64,000 bases of DNA, from assembly GCA_019752595.1 (NCBI GenBank), contig JAIELV010000001.1, positions 120,486-184,485 on the forward strand. Direction: 5' to 3'. The position numbers and the translations under genes were made by a program. Position 1 is the stretch's first letter. Each line of letters begins with the position of its first letter. The notes beneath the pieces are model-generated. The model made no database searches, was not told the origin of the DNA, and worked only from the letters and a program-made list of their open reading frames with translations. Below, piece after piece: positions 8,463-18,074 of the stretch. Source of the stretch: Patescibacteria group bacterium. GTDB lineage: Bacteria; Patescibacteriota; Minisyncoccia; Phycocordibacterales; Phycocordibacteraceae.

Positions 8463-9254
8463 ATGAAAATACTTCTTTGGGTTGGGGTAGCGCTCTGCCT
8501 CGCGCTTGGCGGAGTAGGTTTGTTTTTTACTTTTTCAGAAGATATCCCAGAGACGTACCAAGAACCAGTCCTCACGAATCAGCAGACACATGTAACCGCA
8601 GAAGAGCCTCAAGCAGTAATTCCAGAATCTAAAAAAAGCACAGTAACGTATACGCGGCTCAGTACCTACGTTGATTCGGTAAAAAGAAACTTGGGAGTGC
8701 TTATACGCTACGAAGCATTTCCCGTGTGCGATTCCGTTTCCACGAAAGAAGTCTTTTCCGTAGAAACAGGGGACGGGCAAACGTACCCTGCTGATTGTAA
8801 TGGGGTTGTCGAACATACCTACAAAACACGAGGAACCTATACTGCTCGTTATCTAAGAAACGGCACGTCGGTAGCCTCTGTTGCTGTGGATGTTACAAAA
8901 GCGTTGGATGCACCTCCGCAGGTTCCTAGTGTAGAACCAAAGGAAAATCCGCCAGGGTCTTTGATATATGCGGACTTTTGGAATGCCGCCTCCAAAGGCA
9001 CGACGCTTGAGAAATACGTGTGGGGAGCTTCAGGAGACGATGATTACTACGACGGCGGAGAGGGAATTGATACGCTTCAGTATTTTGGTACGCGCGCGGA
9101 ACATGAAATAGTGCGTAGCCCACTAAGCCCCGCAGGTGCGAATAGTTTTCTTCTGATTCGTAGGATACGCGACAATTCTATGGATATCGTCCTGAATATT
9201 GAGATATTCGTGTTTGCAGATCAGGTAGTGAAAGCAGAAGACCTGTTCAAATAA
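8463..9254 (+). CDS. Secreted protein with an RTX-like Ca-binding repeat
   Basis: N-terminal TM/signal anchor; GASGDDDYYDGGEGIDTLQYFG resembles hemolysin-type GGXGXD repeats. Confidence 0.45.
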   Translation: MKILLWVGVALCLALGGVGLFFTFSEDIPETYQEPVLTNQQTHVTAEEPQAVIPESKKSTVTYTRLSTYVDSVKRNLGVLIRYEAFPVCDSVSTKEVFSVETGDGQTYPADCNGVVEHTYKTRGTYTARYLRNGTSVASVAVDVTKALDAPPQVPSVEPKENPPGSLIYADFWNAASKGTTLEKYVWGASGDDDYYDGGEGIDTLQYFGTRAEHEIVRSPLSPAGANSFLLIRRIRDNSMDIVLNIEIFVFADQVVKAEDLFK

Positions 9255-9288
9255 AAAACCGCCCTTCGACAAGCTCAGGGCGGTTTTT
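9253..9288 (+). terminator. Rho-independent terminator (copy 1 of an identical 36-nt element)
   Basis: aaaaaaccgcccttcgacaagctcagggcggttttt. Confidence 0.75.
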
Positions 9289-9305
9289 AAGAGTCGAATT
9301 TAAGA

Positions 9306-9560
9306 CTAAGACATGTGTCCTGAGACGAGTTTCGTCATCTCGAACATGGTGACTTCCTTCTTACCAAAGAGCGGCATGAGTTTGTCATCCGCGAGGATGT
9401 TTCTCTTGTTCTTCGGGTTCTGGAGGTCGTGCTTCTTGATGTACTCCCAAATCTTCTTTACCACCTGTCCGCGAGGCAAAGGACCCTTGCCAACTACTGC
9501 TTCAAGTTCAGCAGAGAGGTTGTAGGGTTTTAATAGGGCGGGGTTTGCTTTTCGTACCAT
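9306..9560 (-). CDS. SWIB/MDM2-domain protein
   Basis: LSAELEAVVGKGPLPRGQVVKKIWEYIKKHDLQNPKNKRNILADDKLMPLFGKKEVTMFEMTKLVSGH is a near-textbook SWIB domain. Confidence 0.8.
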   Translation of the reverse strand: MVRKANPALLKPYNLSAELEAVVGKGPLPRGQVVKKIWEYIKKHDLQNPKNKRNILADDKLMPLFGKKEVTMFEMTKLVSGHMS

Positions 9561-9722
9561 ATAAAATCAGTGCCTTTTTATGTTATTAACTTGACCAGCA
9601 CAGTATATAGCACAAAAAGCAAGGTCCCTATGCCCCTGGGGAAGCCCATAAGTTGTCCCAGGGCACCCTAGCCTATTGGCTACAAGGGGGTACACTGTCT
9701 GCATATATACGTCATTAATCCT

Positions 9723-10967
9723 ATGAAACACACATTTGTAGTCTCTCTAGCAATTGTTTTGTCTCTTTTTGTATCTACTAATGCCTTTGCGGACCACGAC
9801 GCAACTGGAGCTTCATCAGAGGCCCATACCACTACGTCTACGACTGGAGGCACGTCTGCATCGGGCGGAACTTCGGGTAGCGCTGCAAGCGGAAGCACGC
9901 AAACGACATCCGCAACGTCTGTGACTGTAACGGCCGTTCCAGTAAAGATGGAAGTTGAAATCGAAACTGAAAACGGCGTACAGACAACGACCGTGAAGCC
10001 TGATAGCTCATCAGCGCCTACGTGCGGGGGCAAGGAAATGCCAAAACTTGAATGTCCGTCAGGATATGCAGTTTCGTGCAATACAGCAATCAGTCAGTGG
10101 GCATGTTTGAAAAGCGCCGCTTCAGCCGATACGCGCACGGGAGTTTCAACAGGCGCAGGTGCCGCGGCAGGTGCTACATCGGTGAAATATCTTGACCAGG
10201 ACGATGATAACGACGGTGTAACCACCGTTCTTGAAGACAGTGCTGTGAAATCATCGATTTTCATCAAATTAGGTGACGTAAAGGGCGAGTCTGAAGACGA
10301 TAAGGCTGCCGCCTCTGATGTATTCATCAAATTTGGCGGCGTTGATGGAGAAAGCACAAAGGGTGCTGTCCCAACAGAAAGTCAATTTGAAATTTTGATT
10401 GACTCAAAAAAAGTGCGCGGATGGGACCCGAAGACAAAAGAAGAGGTTGTAAAGATCGCTCCGAAGTCTGCCGCAGATGTTTCCGATGAGGAAGAACTCG
10501 CACTCTTTGTTGCTGCGATTTCTGCTGACGACCCACGCATGGAACAGATTTCGTTGAACTTCACGAAGATTGAGTTCAAGTATCGTTCTGACGCAAAACT
10601 GTTCGGACTCATCCCGTCCTCTCTTCTACAAGACGTATCTCTTGAGGGTGGTGCAGTAAACTTGAAGAAGCCATGGTACTCGTTCTTGTTTAGTGGTGTC
10701 ACTGACCTCGACGACCTCGCGGCGGCTGCGCAAGCAACTAAGGACAAAGGCCACAAAGATGAGATTGAAATTCTTTCATGGAGTTTCGGTGCAAGTAATG
10801 CGGGGAGTATGTCTGCAGGCAGTGGCGGTGGAGCAGGTAAAGTGAATATCGCTGTTGGCGACGTGAACGGAGACGGCGTAGAAGATATTACACTCGCTGG
10901 ACTCGCTACCAACTTTGCAATTCTTCTTGATACTGTGAAGTCGGCTCACGAAGAAAGCGGAAAGTAG
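9723..10967 (+). CDS. Secreted Hcp-like (T6SS tube protein fold) domain protein with permuted motif order
   Basis: Sec signal peptide, S/T/G-rich linker, then FIKLGDVKGESEDDK (x2), ISLNFTKIEFKY and GHKDEIEILSWSFGASNAGSMSAGSGGGAGKVNIAVGD; compare Hcp1 FIKIGDVKGESKDKTHAEEIDVLAWSWGMSQSGSMHMGGGGGAGKVNVQDLSF and LNFAQVQVDY. Confidence 0.6.
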   Translation: MKHTFVVSLAIVLSLFVSTNAFADHDATGASSEAHTTTSTTGGTSASGGTSGSAASGSTQTTSATSVTVTAVPVKMEVEIETENGVQTTTVKPDSSSAPTCGGKEMPKLECPSGYAVSCNTAISQWACLKSAASADTRTGVSTGAGAAAGATSVKYLDQDDDNDGVTTVLEDSAVKSSIFIKLGDVKGESEDDKAAASDVFIKFGGVDGESTKGAVPTESQFEILIDSKKVRGWDPKTKEEVVKIAPKSAADVSDEEELALFVAAISADDPRMEQISLNFTKIEFKYRSDAKLFGLIPSSLLQDVSLEGGAVNLKKPWYSFLFSGVTDLDDLAAAAQATKDKGHKDEIEILSWSFGASNAGSMSAGSGGGAGKVNIAVGDVNGDGVEDITLAGLATNFAILLDTVKSAHEESGK

Positions 10968-10989
10968 TACTCATTCTCTAGTATTTTCG

Positions 10990-11026
10990 AAAAAACCGCC
11001 CTTCGACAAGCTCAGGGCGGTTTTTT
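10990..11026 (+). terminator. Rho-independent terminator (copy 2, identical to 9253..9288)
   Basis: Same 36-nt sequence. Confidence 0.75.
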
Positions 11027-11034
11027 CGTGCAGT

Positions 11035-11694
11035 ATGGTAAAAATACACTTCATGCAAGGCATACGCGCACTCCTCCTCGACGTCGACGGAACCATTCTC
11101 GATACGAGGGAATATATCTTTCAGGCTACAGAACACGCGTTTGCTGAAAACGGTTTTCCCATTCCGACGCGTGAAATGATGGGGCGGGCAGCAGGAAAAT
11201 CTTTCGACGAGTATGTGTTTTTTCTTGCGGGCAGGCGCGATTTTGATCCGCTTCCGATTCAAACGTCACACCGAGTATTTCAGTTGGAGCGCTTAGACCT
11301 CTCAGTGCCGTTTCCTGGCGCACTTGAAACTCTAACTGAGCTTAAAAAAAGAGGATATAAACTCGCTACGATTACAAACCGCGGGCGTTCAACCGGCGAA
11401 GCAACGTTACACAAAGAAGGAATGGATATACTTCTCGATACTGCTCTTTTTTCCGAAGATGCACCTGAGTTAAAACCAAGCCCAGTGCCACTCCAGATAG
11501 CGCTCGACCGAATGCATTTGGTACCCGAAGAAGCTGTCATGATAGGGGATGCTGATGTCGATATTGAGGCAGGTAAACGCGCGGGTGTCGCTACCATTCG
11601 CGCAACATACGGATTTCATTTTAGTTCTGACGCATCACTTCGTGCCGATACAGAGATTTCTGACATTCGCGAACTTCTGAATATATTCAAATGA
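11035..11694 (+). CDS. HAD-IA family hydrolase (phosphoglycolate-phosphatase-like)
   Basis: LLDVDGTILDT motif I, TNRGRS motif II region, MIGDADVDIEAGKRAG motif III/IV; alternative start at 11053. Confidence 0.75.
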   Translation: MVKIHFMQGIRALLLDVDGTILDTREYIFQATEHAFAENGFPIPTREMMGRAAGKSFDEYVFFLAGRRDFDPLPIQTSHRVFQLERLDLSVPFPGALETLTELKKRGYKLATITNRGRSTGEATLHKEGMDILLDTALFSEDAPELKPSPVPLQIALDRMHLVPEEAVMIGDADVDIEAGKRAGVATIRATYGFHFSSDASLRADTEISDIRELLNIFK

Positions 11695-11730
11695 AAAAGC
11701 CCCGCCTGCTCAGAGCAGGCGGGGCTTTTT
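11695..11730 (+). terminator. Rho-independent terminator
   Basis: aaaaagccccgcctgctcagagcaggcggggcttttt; related element at 58865..58899. Confidence 0.7.
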
Positions 11731-11740
11731 GTCTGCAGGC

Positions 11741-11902
11741 TTACGCTTTGCCCATGATTCGGAACATCCCGGTTCCGCACACAGGGCACGTGCCTTTCAT
11801 GGCGCGACGGGGGCCGCCCTTGCCTGGCATTGAAACCTCGGAAGGTTCATTCATGTCGCGTTTTGCTTTGCACTTAACGCAATATGCATTGACCGTATCC
11901 AT
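11741..11902 (-). CDS. Small zinc-ribbon protein (53 aa, CxxC...CxxC)
   Basis: MDTVNAYCVKCKAKRDMNEPSEVSMPGKGGPRRAMKGTCPVCGTGMFRIMGKA; not in ORF track (<60 aa); preferred over the overlapping +strand ORF 11691..11918, which starts inside the terminator. Confidence 0.5.
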   Translation of the reverse strand: MDTVNAYCVKCKAKRDMNEPSEVSMPGKGGPRRAMKGTCPVCGTGMFRIMGKA

Positions 11903-12032
11903 AAGGTATATAGATTAGGTTGCTATATAAACATAGTACTCCTTTCCACGGCATCTTTAGGCAGAGAGTGGAGAACGGTAAATATACCGCTTGTTACACG
12001 GCTTATTTGGGAAGGAGATATACTGGTAGGTA

Positions 12033-12620
12033 ATGAAGTATCTTGTTTTGGGTGTCCTTGCAGTCATTATCCTCGGAGGCGGTTATTTTTTCTACGGACT
12101 TCTCAAATCATCAGAATCTCCTTCACAAAAATACATGCAACTTACAATCACTAGCTCTGCATTTAAAAACAACGAATCTATACCTGCAAAATATACGTGT
12201 GATGCAGAAAATATTAGTCCGCCAATTACCATTTCGGATATACCAGAAGGTACGGTATCTCTCGCACTTTTGATGCGAGATGCCGATGTACCAAAGGCAT
12301 TGCAGCCTGAGGGCACTTTTGATCACCTGGTGGTGTACAGCATTCCATTTACTCCAGGCGGAACTGAAGCGCAGATACCTGAAGGGGCGCAGGCACTACC
12401 ATTTGGCTTGAACGGAAGCGGGAAGGAGGGCTATATCGGTCCGTGTCCGCCACCCGAGTATGAACCGTCGAAACATAGATACTTTTTCAAAGTGTACGCT
12501 CTTGGAACTGAGCTCTCGTTTCTTGCGCCACCGACTCTTGAAGAGGTGAAGAAAGCAATGGAAGGGTATGTTCTTGCTTCAGGAGAACTTATCGGAACGT
12601 ATGACAGGAAAGAAAACTAG
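12033..12620 (+). CDS. PEBP-family (YbhB/YbcL) protein with N-terminal membrane anchor
   Basis: ISPPITISDIPEGTVSLALLMRDADVP...GYIGPCPPPEYEPSKHRYFFKVYAL matches YbhB/YbcL. Confidence 0.75.
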   Translation: MKYLVLGVLAVIILGGGYFFYGLLKSSESPSQKYMQLTITSSAFKNNESIPAKYTCDAENISPPITISDIPEGTVSLALLMRDADVPKALQPEGTFDHLVVYSIPFTPGGTEAQIPEGAQALPFGLNGSGKEGYIGPCPPPEYEPSKHRYFFKVYALGTELSFLAPPTLEEVKKAMEGYVLASGELIGTYDRKEN

Positions 12621-12855
12621 TTTCGATATTGGTGTCAGAGTCGTCCCCGATGCGAAACGAGAATTCATCGACAGGCTCCCGCAGGGTGCTTACCACATCG
12701 CAGTACGTGAAAGCGCAGAAGATGGGCGAGCAAACGAGCGAATGAAGGAGATACTTGCGGAACACTTCAATGTGTCGTCAAAAGATGTCCACATCATCCG
12801 TGGGGCAAAAACTCATGGGAAAATAGTACGTATATGGCACTACCAATCAAAATAA
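12601..12855 (+). CDS. DUF167 / YggU-family protein
   Basis: GVRVVPDAKREFI...RANERMKEILAEHFNVSSKDVHIIRGAKTHGKIVRI; start at internal Met overlapping the upstream stop. Confidence 0.6.
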   Translation: MTGKKTSFDIGVRVVPDAKREFIDRLPQGAYHIAVRESAEDGRANERMKEILAEHFNVSSKDVHIIRGAKTHGKIVRIWHYQSK

Positions 12856-13190
12856 AAAAGACAGGCACTATTGAAGACGTTCGAGCCACCGAAGCAGTGG
12901 TGAAGGAAAAAATTCAAACCCTTTCCAAACTTATTCCTAAGTTGGACACCACAGCGCTTGCTGAAGTGGAGCTTGAAGCCTTGAAGGAAAAGCGTGGCGG
13001 GTATCGAGTAGAAATTAATTTTTCTTCGCAAGGAAAAATGTTTCGCGTTGAGGCAAAGCGTCCGACCGTGAGGATTGCGCTTGATGCCGCGCTTGAAGAT
13101 TTGCGCAGAGAACTTCGTAGAGTAAAAACAAAGAAAACAGATTTTGCAAGAAATGCTGCTCGTAAAGCAAAGAACAGTTTGAGAGGCTAA
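12834..13190 (+). CDS. hpf: Ribosome hibernation-promoting factor (HPF/RaiA family)
   Basis: 118 aa, beta-alpha-beta-beta-beta-alpha pattern, LEDLRRELRRVKTKK tail typical of YfiA/HPF. Confidence 0.7.
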   Translation: MALPIKIKKTGTIEDVRATEAVVKEKIQTLSKLIPKLDTTALAEVELEALKEKRGGYRVEINFSSQGKMFRVEAKRPTVRIALDAALEDLRRELRRVKTKKTDFARNAARKAKNSLRG

Positions 13191-14071
13191 CGATTTCGAA
13201 TAAAGTCCGCGTAACTCATTTCTTTTTTACCCTCGGGTATCACCCGAGTAATGACAAAGGTGTCATTTTCAAATTCCGCGCCTGTTATTTTGACTCTCAT
13301 TTTTTTCTCGTTTTTCTCTGTAAAGAAAAACGTGCCAGGCCAGCGTTCGTACGCGAGAAATTTTAGGTAGTTCCCGTACGCGTCACCAGAGAGATCCACG
13401 AGCCCGTCTTCTTTTTCGAGTTTTTTGGTGAAGGTGGCTTCTTGGTGATTTTGTTCGCGTGGTGTGAGTTCGCCTGCAATATATCTTGGTATGCATTCTG
13501 CAATCAGTGCTCCGCCGCGCTTCCACAGAGTGTCTTCAAGTTCGCTTCGCGATAACGGCCAGCGAGGTAGTGCTGGTGTTTCTTGGGCAAGCACTGGTCC
13601 ATGGTCCGTCTCCTCGTCGAGAAGAATAATCGAAACGCCAGGATTTTGATCGTTCTGTAAAATTTGTGTTTCGATGGGCGACGGGCCTCGGTATTTTGGC
13701 AGAAGTGACGGGTGTACGTTTAACACTCCATGTTTGGTTCTCGAAAGAAGAGAATGGGGAAGAATTTTTCCGTATCCTGCAACAACAAACAAGTCGAATG
13801 ACTGCTGAAAAAGTATTGCAGCACCTGCATCTGACACTTCGAGCTTTGCTGGTTCAGCGACAGGTATTCCTTGTTTCAATCCCCATTCCTTCACTGGCGA
13901 CGGGCGTGGCAGAAGCCCGCGACCCGCTGGTTTTTCAGGAGCGGTCACAAGCAATGAAGGCGGAATACCTGCTTGCGTCATTTCTTCAAGGACATACACC
14001 GCAAAGTGCGGTGTGCCGAAAAAAACAACGCTGGGTTTTTTACTGAGGTTTTTTAGATTTTTTTCGTCCAT
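13187..14071 (-). CDS. fmt: Methionyl-tRNA formyltransferase
   Basis: VVFFGTPHFAVYVLEEM N-term, HPSLLPKYRGPSPI formyltransferase motif, C-terminal Fmt domain. Confidence 0.85.
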   Translation of the reverse strand: MDEKNLKNLSKKPSVVFFGTPHFAVYVLEEMTQAGIPPSLLVTAPEKPAGRGLLPRPSPVKEWGLKQGIPVAEPAKLEVSDAGAAILFQQSFDLFVVAGYGKILPHSLLSRTKHGVLNVHPSLLPKYRGPSPIETQILQNDQNPGVSIILLDEETDHGPVLAQETPALPRWPLSRSELEDTLWKRGGALIAECIPRYIAGELTPREQNHQEATFTKKLEKEDGLVDLSGDAYGNYLKFLAYERWPGTFFFTEKNEKKMRVKITGAEFENDTFVITRVIPEGKKEMSYADFIRNR

Positions 14072-14594
14072 GTGTTTCTTCAGCTTCCTCTTCTTTTGGA
14101 ACTTCCCGCACCTCCTCGGCTTTTTCTATGTAGAGAATTCCTTCAAGGTGATCACATTCATGCTGAAATATTTGTGCCAAAAGTCCTGATGCACCACGCT
14201 CATATCGAATACCTTCTTCATCATACGCGCGCACCGTTGCTTTAAGGGAGCGTTTAATTATCCCGTGGTATCCAGGCACCGAAAGGCATGCCTCCTCCAT
14301 AAGGTCTTTTTTGCGGGCCACTTTGGTGATTTTTGGGTTAATGAATGCGCGATCTGCGTCTTCGTCTGAACGGTCTTTGCCTTCAAGAACGAACCCGCGG
14401 ACGACAAAAATACTATAGTGGAGCCCAATTTGATTTGCTGCTATTGCAACACCATGCTCCGTTTCGCGCAAAGACGCTGACATGCGCTTGATGATGTCTT
14501 TGAGCTTCGCCGTACCAAACATATCTTTTGGCACCTCATGCGTCTTTTTATGCAAGACAGCTGCACCTTTAACGACTATAGGATCTATCTTCAT
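14040..14594 (-). CDS. def: Peptide deformylase
   Basis: GVAIAANQIG, EACLSVPG, QHECDHLEG motifs. Confidence 0.9.
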   Translation of the reverse strand: MKIDPIVVKGAAVLHKKTHEVPKDMFGTAKLKDIIKRMSASLRETEHGVAIAANQIGLHYSIFVVRGFVLEGKDRSDEDADRAFINPKITKVARKKDLMEEACLSVPGYHGIIKRSLKATVRAYDEEGIRYERGASGLLAQIFQHECDHLEGILYIEKAEEVREVPKEEEAEETHGRKKSKKPQ

Positions 14595-14614
14595 GAATCA
14601 CAGGATACTAGAAA

Positions 14615-16522
14615 TTAAACGATTTCGTCAGGGTCTATACTCACGACGACATTTGGTGGAAGGCTTTTCAGTTTTTCCCACAACTCTGTGTCTGGCCACG
14701 AGCTTTTTGGAAGTCGTATCACAGCCTTTGCGCTCCACTCACCTCGTGGCTCCGCTTCTGCAGGCAGTGGCCCCACGAGGTCGTACCCAGAAAATGTTTC
14801 AGAAATCAATGTACGATTTTTATCAACTGCTGGCCGTGGGCCGTATGCAGTGAGGCCGATGAATAGCGTAAACGGAGGGTAGCCGTACTGTTCGCGCTCA
14901 GCACAGTCTTTGCGGTAAAAGTCCTGCGGGTTTCCTGAGAGAAGTGTTTTCATAACCTCAGTCTCTGGTTGGCGGGTTTCAATAATTAGTTTTTCTTCAG
15001 CGTGCTCGCGTAAATAAAAGAGAATAGAAAGCGCAGTTTCGTGTGCTCTCCACGCGGGTAGGGACAGCAATGTGTCGATTGAAGCGACCACGGCAATATC
15101 CGCAGGCTCTTTGAGATAGGGGAGCATGCGTTCTGTGCCGACAAGAATTGCACCGTCAGTTGCAAAGAAAGCATCGGATATTTTCTTAGCCGTTTTATGT
15201 GTCGGCGCCGTGTCTTTGGTAAATGCACTTATTTTTGTATCGGGAAAATCTTTTTCGAGCTCTTCAACCACACGGTCGATGCCGATACCGAGAGTCACTA
15301 GATTCCATCCTCCGCAGACCGTGCACGACGTCTCTGCGGGAAGGACAGCGCCTGAACGGTGTGAAAGGAAGACGTTTCCATGTGCGGTTTTGTGCAGTGT
15401 CATCGGAAGTCCCGAGTTCGGGTCTGTAATCGGTGTTCCGCAATCGTTACAGATGGTGAGCGGGGCAATTCCACGTCGCGCGGCAAAAACAATAGCTCGA
15501 CCGCCTTTCTTTAAAATCGATCGCATTTCTGCTTTTGTTTCAGGTGTGAGCGCACTAAACATCCGTCGCTCACCACGCTTGGTGTCTTTCTGTCGCGTAT
15601 CTACCACGGAAACCATTTCTGTTCCGCCTGGACGTACTTGCGAGCGCGCCAGTTCTTCTGCTTCGTGGATGTCAACACGGTATCTGGTTTCAACACGAAG
15701 CGGGAAGTCTGCAAGAATAAGCCTGGCTCCAGAGTGTGCCGAAAGCGATTCAGCCACCTGTCGAATATCAAGATGGGGGCGCTCCCTCCCGCGGTACGCG
15801 CGCGCGGATTCACGTTCAATCACGATAGTGTCTAAATCCGCGCGCGGAATTGAAAGAATGACAGGGGTGCCAACGACCAACACGGGCTCGCGGTTGGTGA
15901 CGGCGTGATTCCATGCGCCGATTAATTTTTTCTTTGAAAGTTCTGAAGTGAACAAAATCACGCGGTTTTCAATGCCACGCTCGAGGTGTCCCGCGAGCTG
16001 CTCCGCTTCAACTATCGTTGGTGCAACGATAAAGACAGAGGCGTTTCGTGCAAACGCTTCACGTGCAAGATTTCTGTAGGTACGAATGCGCTCTTCGCGT
16101 TCGGCTTGTAACACCAAAAGGTCAGCTTTCACGCCCGTTGTTTCTTCGTTTGCTTTCGGAACGTATTCTTCTATCGACGGTAACGACGCTAGTATTTGTG
16201 AAGAGGCTAGGGCGGATACCACGATACCTTCATGCGTGCCGTGCCACCGCGCGGCGTCGTTTACCGCACGAATAAAACTCGCGCGAAACATTTTTTTCTT
16301 TGGTGTTTTTTCGGAGTCGAGCTTTTTCAATGCAAAGTCGGCGGTACGCAGGTCGTATTTTTCTTCTCGAACATCAGTGGATGCGAGTACGATGCCAGGT
16401 ATTTTCCTTCCGCGCACTATGACGTGAATCACCGTTCCTGGAGATATATGTTCACGTGAAAAGTAGGTCAGGTGGTCTTTAAAAATCCCTTTGGCAACAG
16501 GCATGACGCGGACTGAAAACAT
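14615..16522 (-). CDS. priA: Primosomal protein N' (PriA helicase)
   Basis: Helicase motifs plus zinc-binding CNDCGTPITDP...CTVCGG insertion; priA-def-fmt order. Confidence 0.85.
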   Translation of the reverse strand: MFSVRVMPVAKGIFKDHLTYFSREHISPGTVIHVIVRGRKIPGIVLASTDVREEKYDLRTADFALKKLDSEKTPKKKMFRASFIRAVNDAARWHGTHEGIVVSALASSQILASLPSIEEYVPKANEETTGVKADLLVLQAEREERIRTYRNLAREAFARNASVFIVAPTIVEAEQLAGHLERGIENRVILFTSELSKKKLIGAWNHAVTNREPVLVVGTPVILSIPRADLDTIVIERESARAYRGRERPHLDIRQVAESLSAHSGARLILADFPLRVETRYRVDIHEAEELARSQVRPGGTEMVSVVDTRQKDTKRGERRMFSALTPETKAEMRSILKKGGRAIVFAARRGIAPLTICNDCGTPITDPNSGLPMTLHKTAHGNVFLSHRSGAVLPAETSCTVCGGWNLVTLGIGIDRVVEELEKDFPDTKISAFTKDTAPTHKTAKKISDAFFATDGAILVGTERMLPYLKEPADIAVVASIDTLLSLPAWRAHETALSILFYLREHAEEKLIIETRQPETEVMKTLLSGNPQDFYRKDCAEREQYGYPPFTLFIGLTAYGPRPAVDKNRTLISETFSGYDLVGPLPAEAEPRGEWSAKAVIRLPKSSWPDTELWEKLKSLPPNVVVSIDPDEIV

Positions 16523-16567
16523 ATTCTTAGTGTATCCCGAAGGGGCACTATCGCGTATACTCTACGC

Positions 16568-17839
16568 ATGCAGAATCCTGTTTTTGTGATCGAAGGTCTC
16601 GATGGAGAGAAAACACTTTCAGGGGCAATCCCCGTCTATGGCGCTAAAAACGCTGTTTTGCCTGCGTTAGCGGCTTCCTTGTTGATACAGGGAGAATCAA
16701 CGTTTGAAAATGTCCCAGGTATTGCGGACATTCCTGCTATGGGCAGGATTCTGGAGGGCCTTGGGGCACACGTACGTCGCGACGGTAGAACACTGACAGT
16801 GAATGCAAAAGAGATTACCAGTTCCGTTTTGGATAGTGTTTCTGCTCGCTCCCTCCGTGCCAGTGTCCTTCTTATCGGTTCCGTATTGGCGCGCACAGGG
16901 CGCGTCACATTTCCGCATCCAGGAGGTGATGTTATTGGCGAGCGCCCCATCGATCTTTTTATTTCAGCATTCCAAAAACTTGGCGCAACATTTTCAGAGA
17001 CGGAAGATACGTACACGCTTTCTGCGCCGAACGGTCTTTCGGGTGGGGAATTTTTCTTTCGCGTGGTTACGGTTACAGGAACGGAAGCGGTCATGATGGC
17101 TGCCACATTGGCAAAAGCTCCAGTGACACTTAAAAATTGTGCACTTGAGCCTGAAGTGGTGGCCACTGCTGAATTTTTGAAATCCTGCGGAGCACGTATA
17201 GAAGGAGCGGGAACTTCAACAATCGTTATCCACCCGTCTCCACTCACACCCCCAGTAAAACCGCATCGCATTATTCCCGACAGAATAGAGGCGGCGAGCT
17301 TTCTTGCGCTCGGCGCACTTGCGGCAAAAGAACTTACGGTCACCGATATCGAACCAGCACACTTAGATGCAGTGATTCAGGGTCTCGAGTATATGGGTGT
17401 ACCACTTGTTGTCGGCAAAGATTTCATAACAGTACGTGCACCCGAGCATCTTTTACCCACACGCCTTCGCACGCACGAATACCCAGGGTTCGCGACAGAT
17501 GCACATCCACCGTTTTTGATTTTACTCACACAAGCGGAAGGGGATTCGGTGATGATTGAAAGTATTTTTGACGGGCGATTAGCGTACACAAAGGAGTTGG
17601 TACAGATGGGTGCGGATATCACCATAGTTTCTCCGCATCGCGCAAACATTCGCGGAAAAACCGCGTTCACAGCTGCAAACATAGAAACGCCCGATATCCG
17701 TGCGGGGCTCGCGTTTATGCTCGCTGCAATAATTGCGAAAGGGAAATCGAAAGTTGCAAACGCGCATCTCATTGACCGTGGCTATGAAGCAATAGAAAAC
17801 CGCCTACAGGCGGTTGGAGTAAAAATTCAAAGAGTGTAA
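16568..17839 (+). CDS. murA: UDP-N-acetylglucosamine 1-carboxyvinyltransferase
   Basis: 423 aa EPT-family; internal two-domain repeat pattern. Confidence 0.85.
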   Translation: MQNPVFVIEGLDGEKTLSGAIPVYGAKNAVLPALAASLLIQGESTFENVPGIADIPAMGRILEGLGAHVRRDGRTLTVNAKEITSSVLDSVSARSLRASVLLIGSVLARTGRVTFPHPGGDVIGERPIDLFISAFQKLGATFSETEDTYTLSAPNGLSGGEFFFRVVTVTGTEAVMMAATLAKAPVTLKNCALEPEVVATAEFLKSCGARIEGAGTSTIVIHPSPLTPPVKPHRIIPDRIEAASFLALGALAAKELTVTDIEPAHLDAVIQGLEYMGVPLVVGKDFITVRAPEHLLPTRLRTHEYPGFATDAHPPFLILLTQAEGDSVMIESIFDGRLAYTKELVQMGADITIVSPHRANIRGKTAFTAANIETPDIRAGLAFMLAAIIAKGKSKVANAHLIDRGYEAIENRLQAVGVKIQRV

Positions 17840-18074
17840 TTACTGACCCAGGCGCTCTCTATCTTTGTCTGATGCTATAAAAAGCAACTGTTTTGCAGTG
17901 AGCCAAATTTTCTCAAGAGGACTCGGTGGACTAAGTCGCGGTATGTTTTCTGAAGTGCTGAATACGTGACCTTCTGTTTGCATATTGTTTTTATACCACC
18001 TTATTTTATTCAGTCAATCTCTTTGTTATACACAGAATTGCGGGTAGGTACGCATCAGAGTACACTCAAGAGTA

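Noticed and set aside
11691-11918. Track ORF 75 aa on the + strand
   Set aside because: Starts inside the HAD terminator hairpin and lacks an RBS; the minus-strand zinc-ribbon ORF is more plausible.
15126-17343. Large antisense ORFs inside priA and murA (e.g. 15126..15908+, 16636..17343-)
   Set aside because: They lie fully within well-supported genes on the opposite strand and are low-complexity Ser/Arg/Ala-rich, which is typical of spurious antisense frames.
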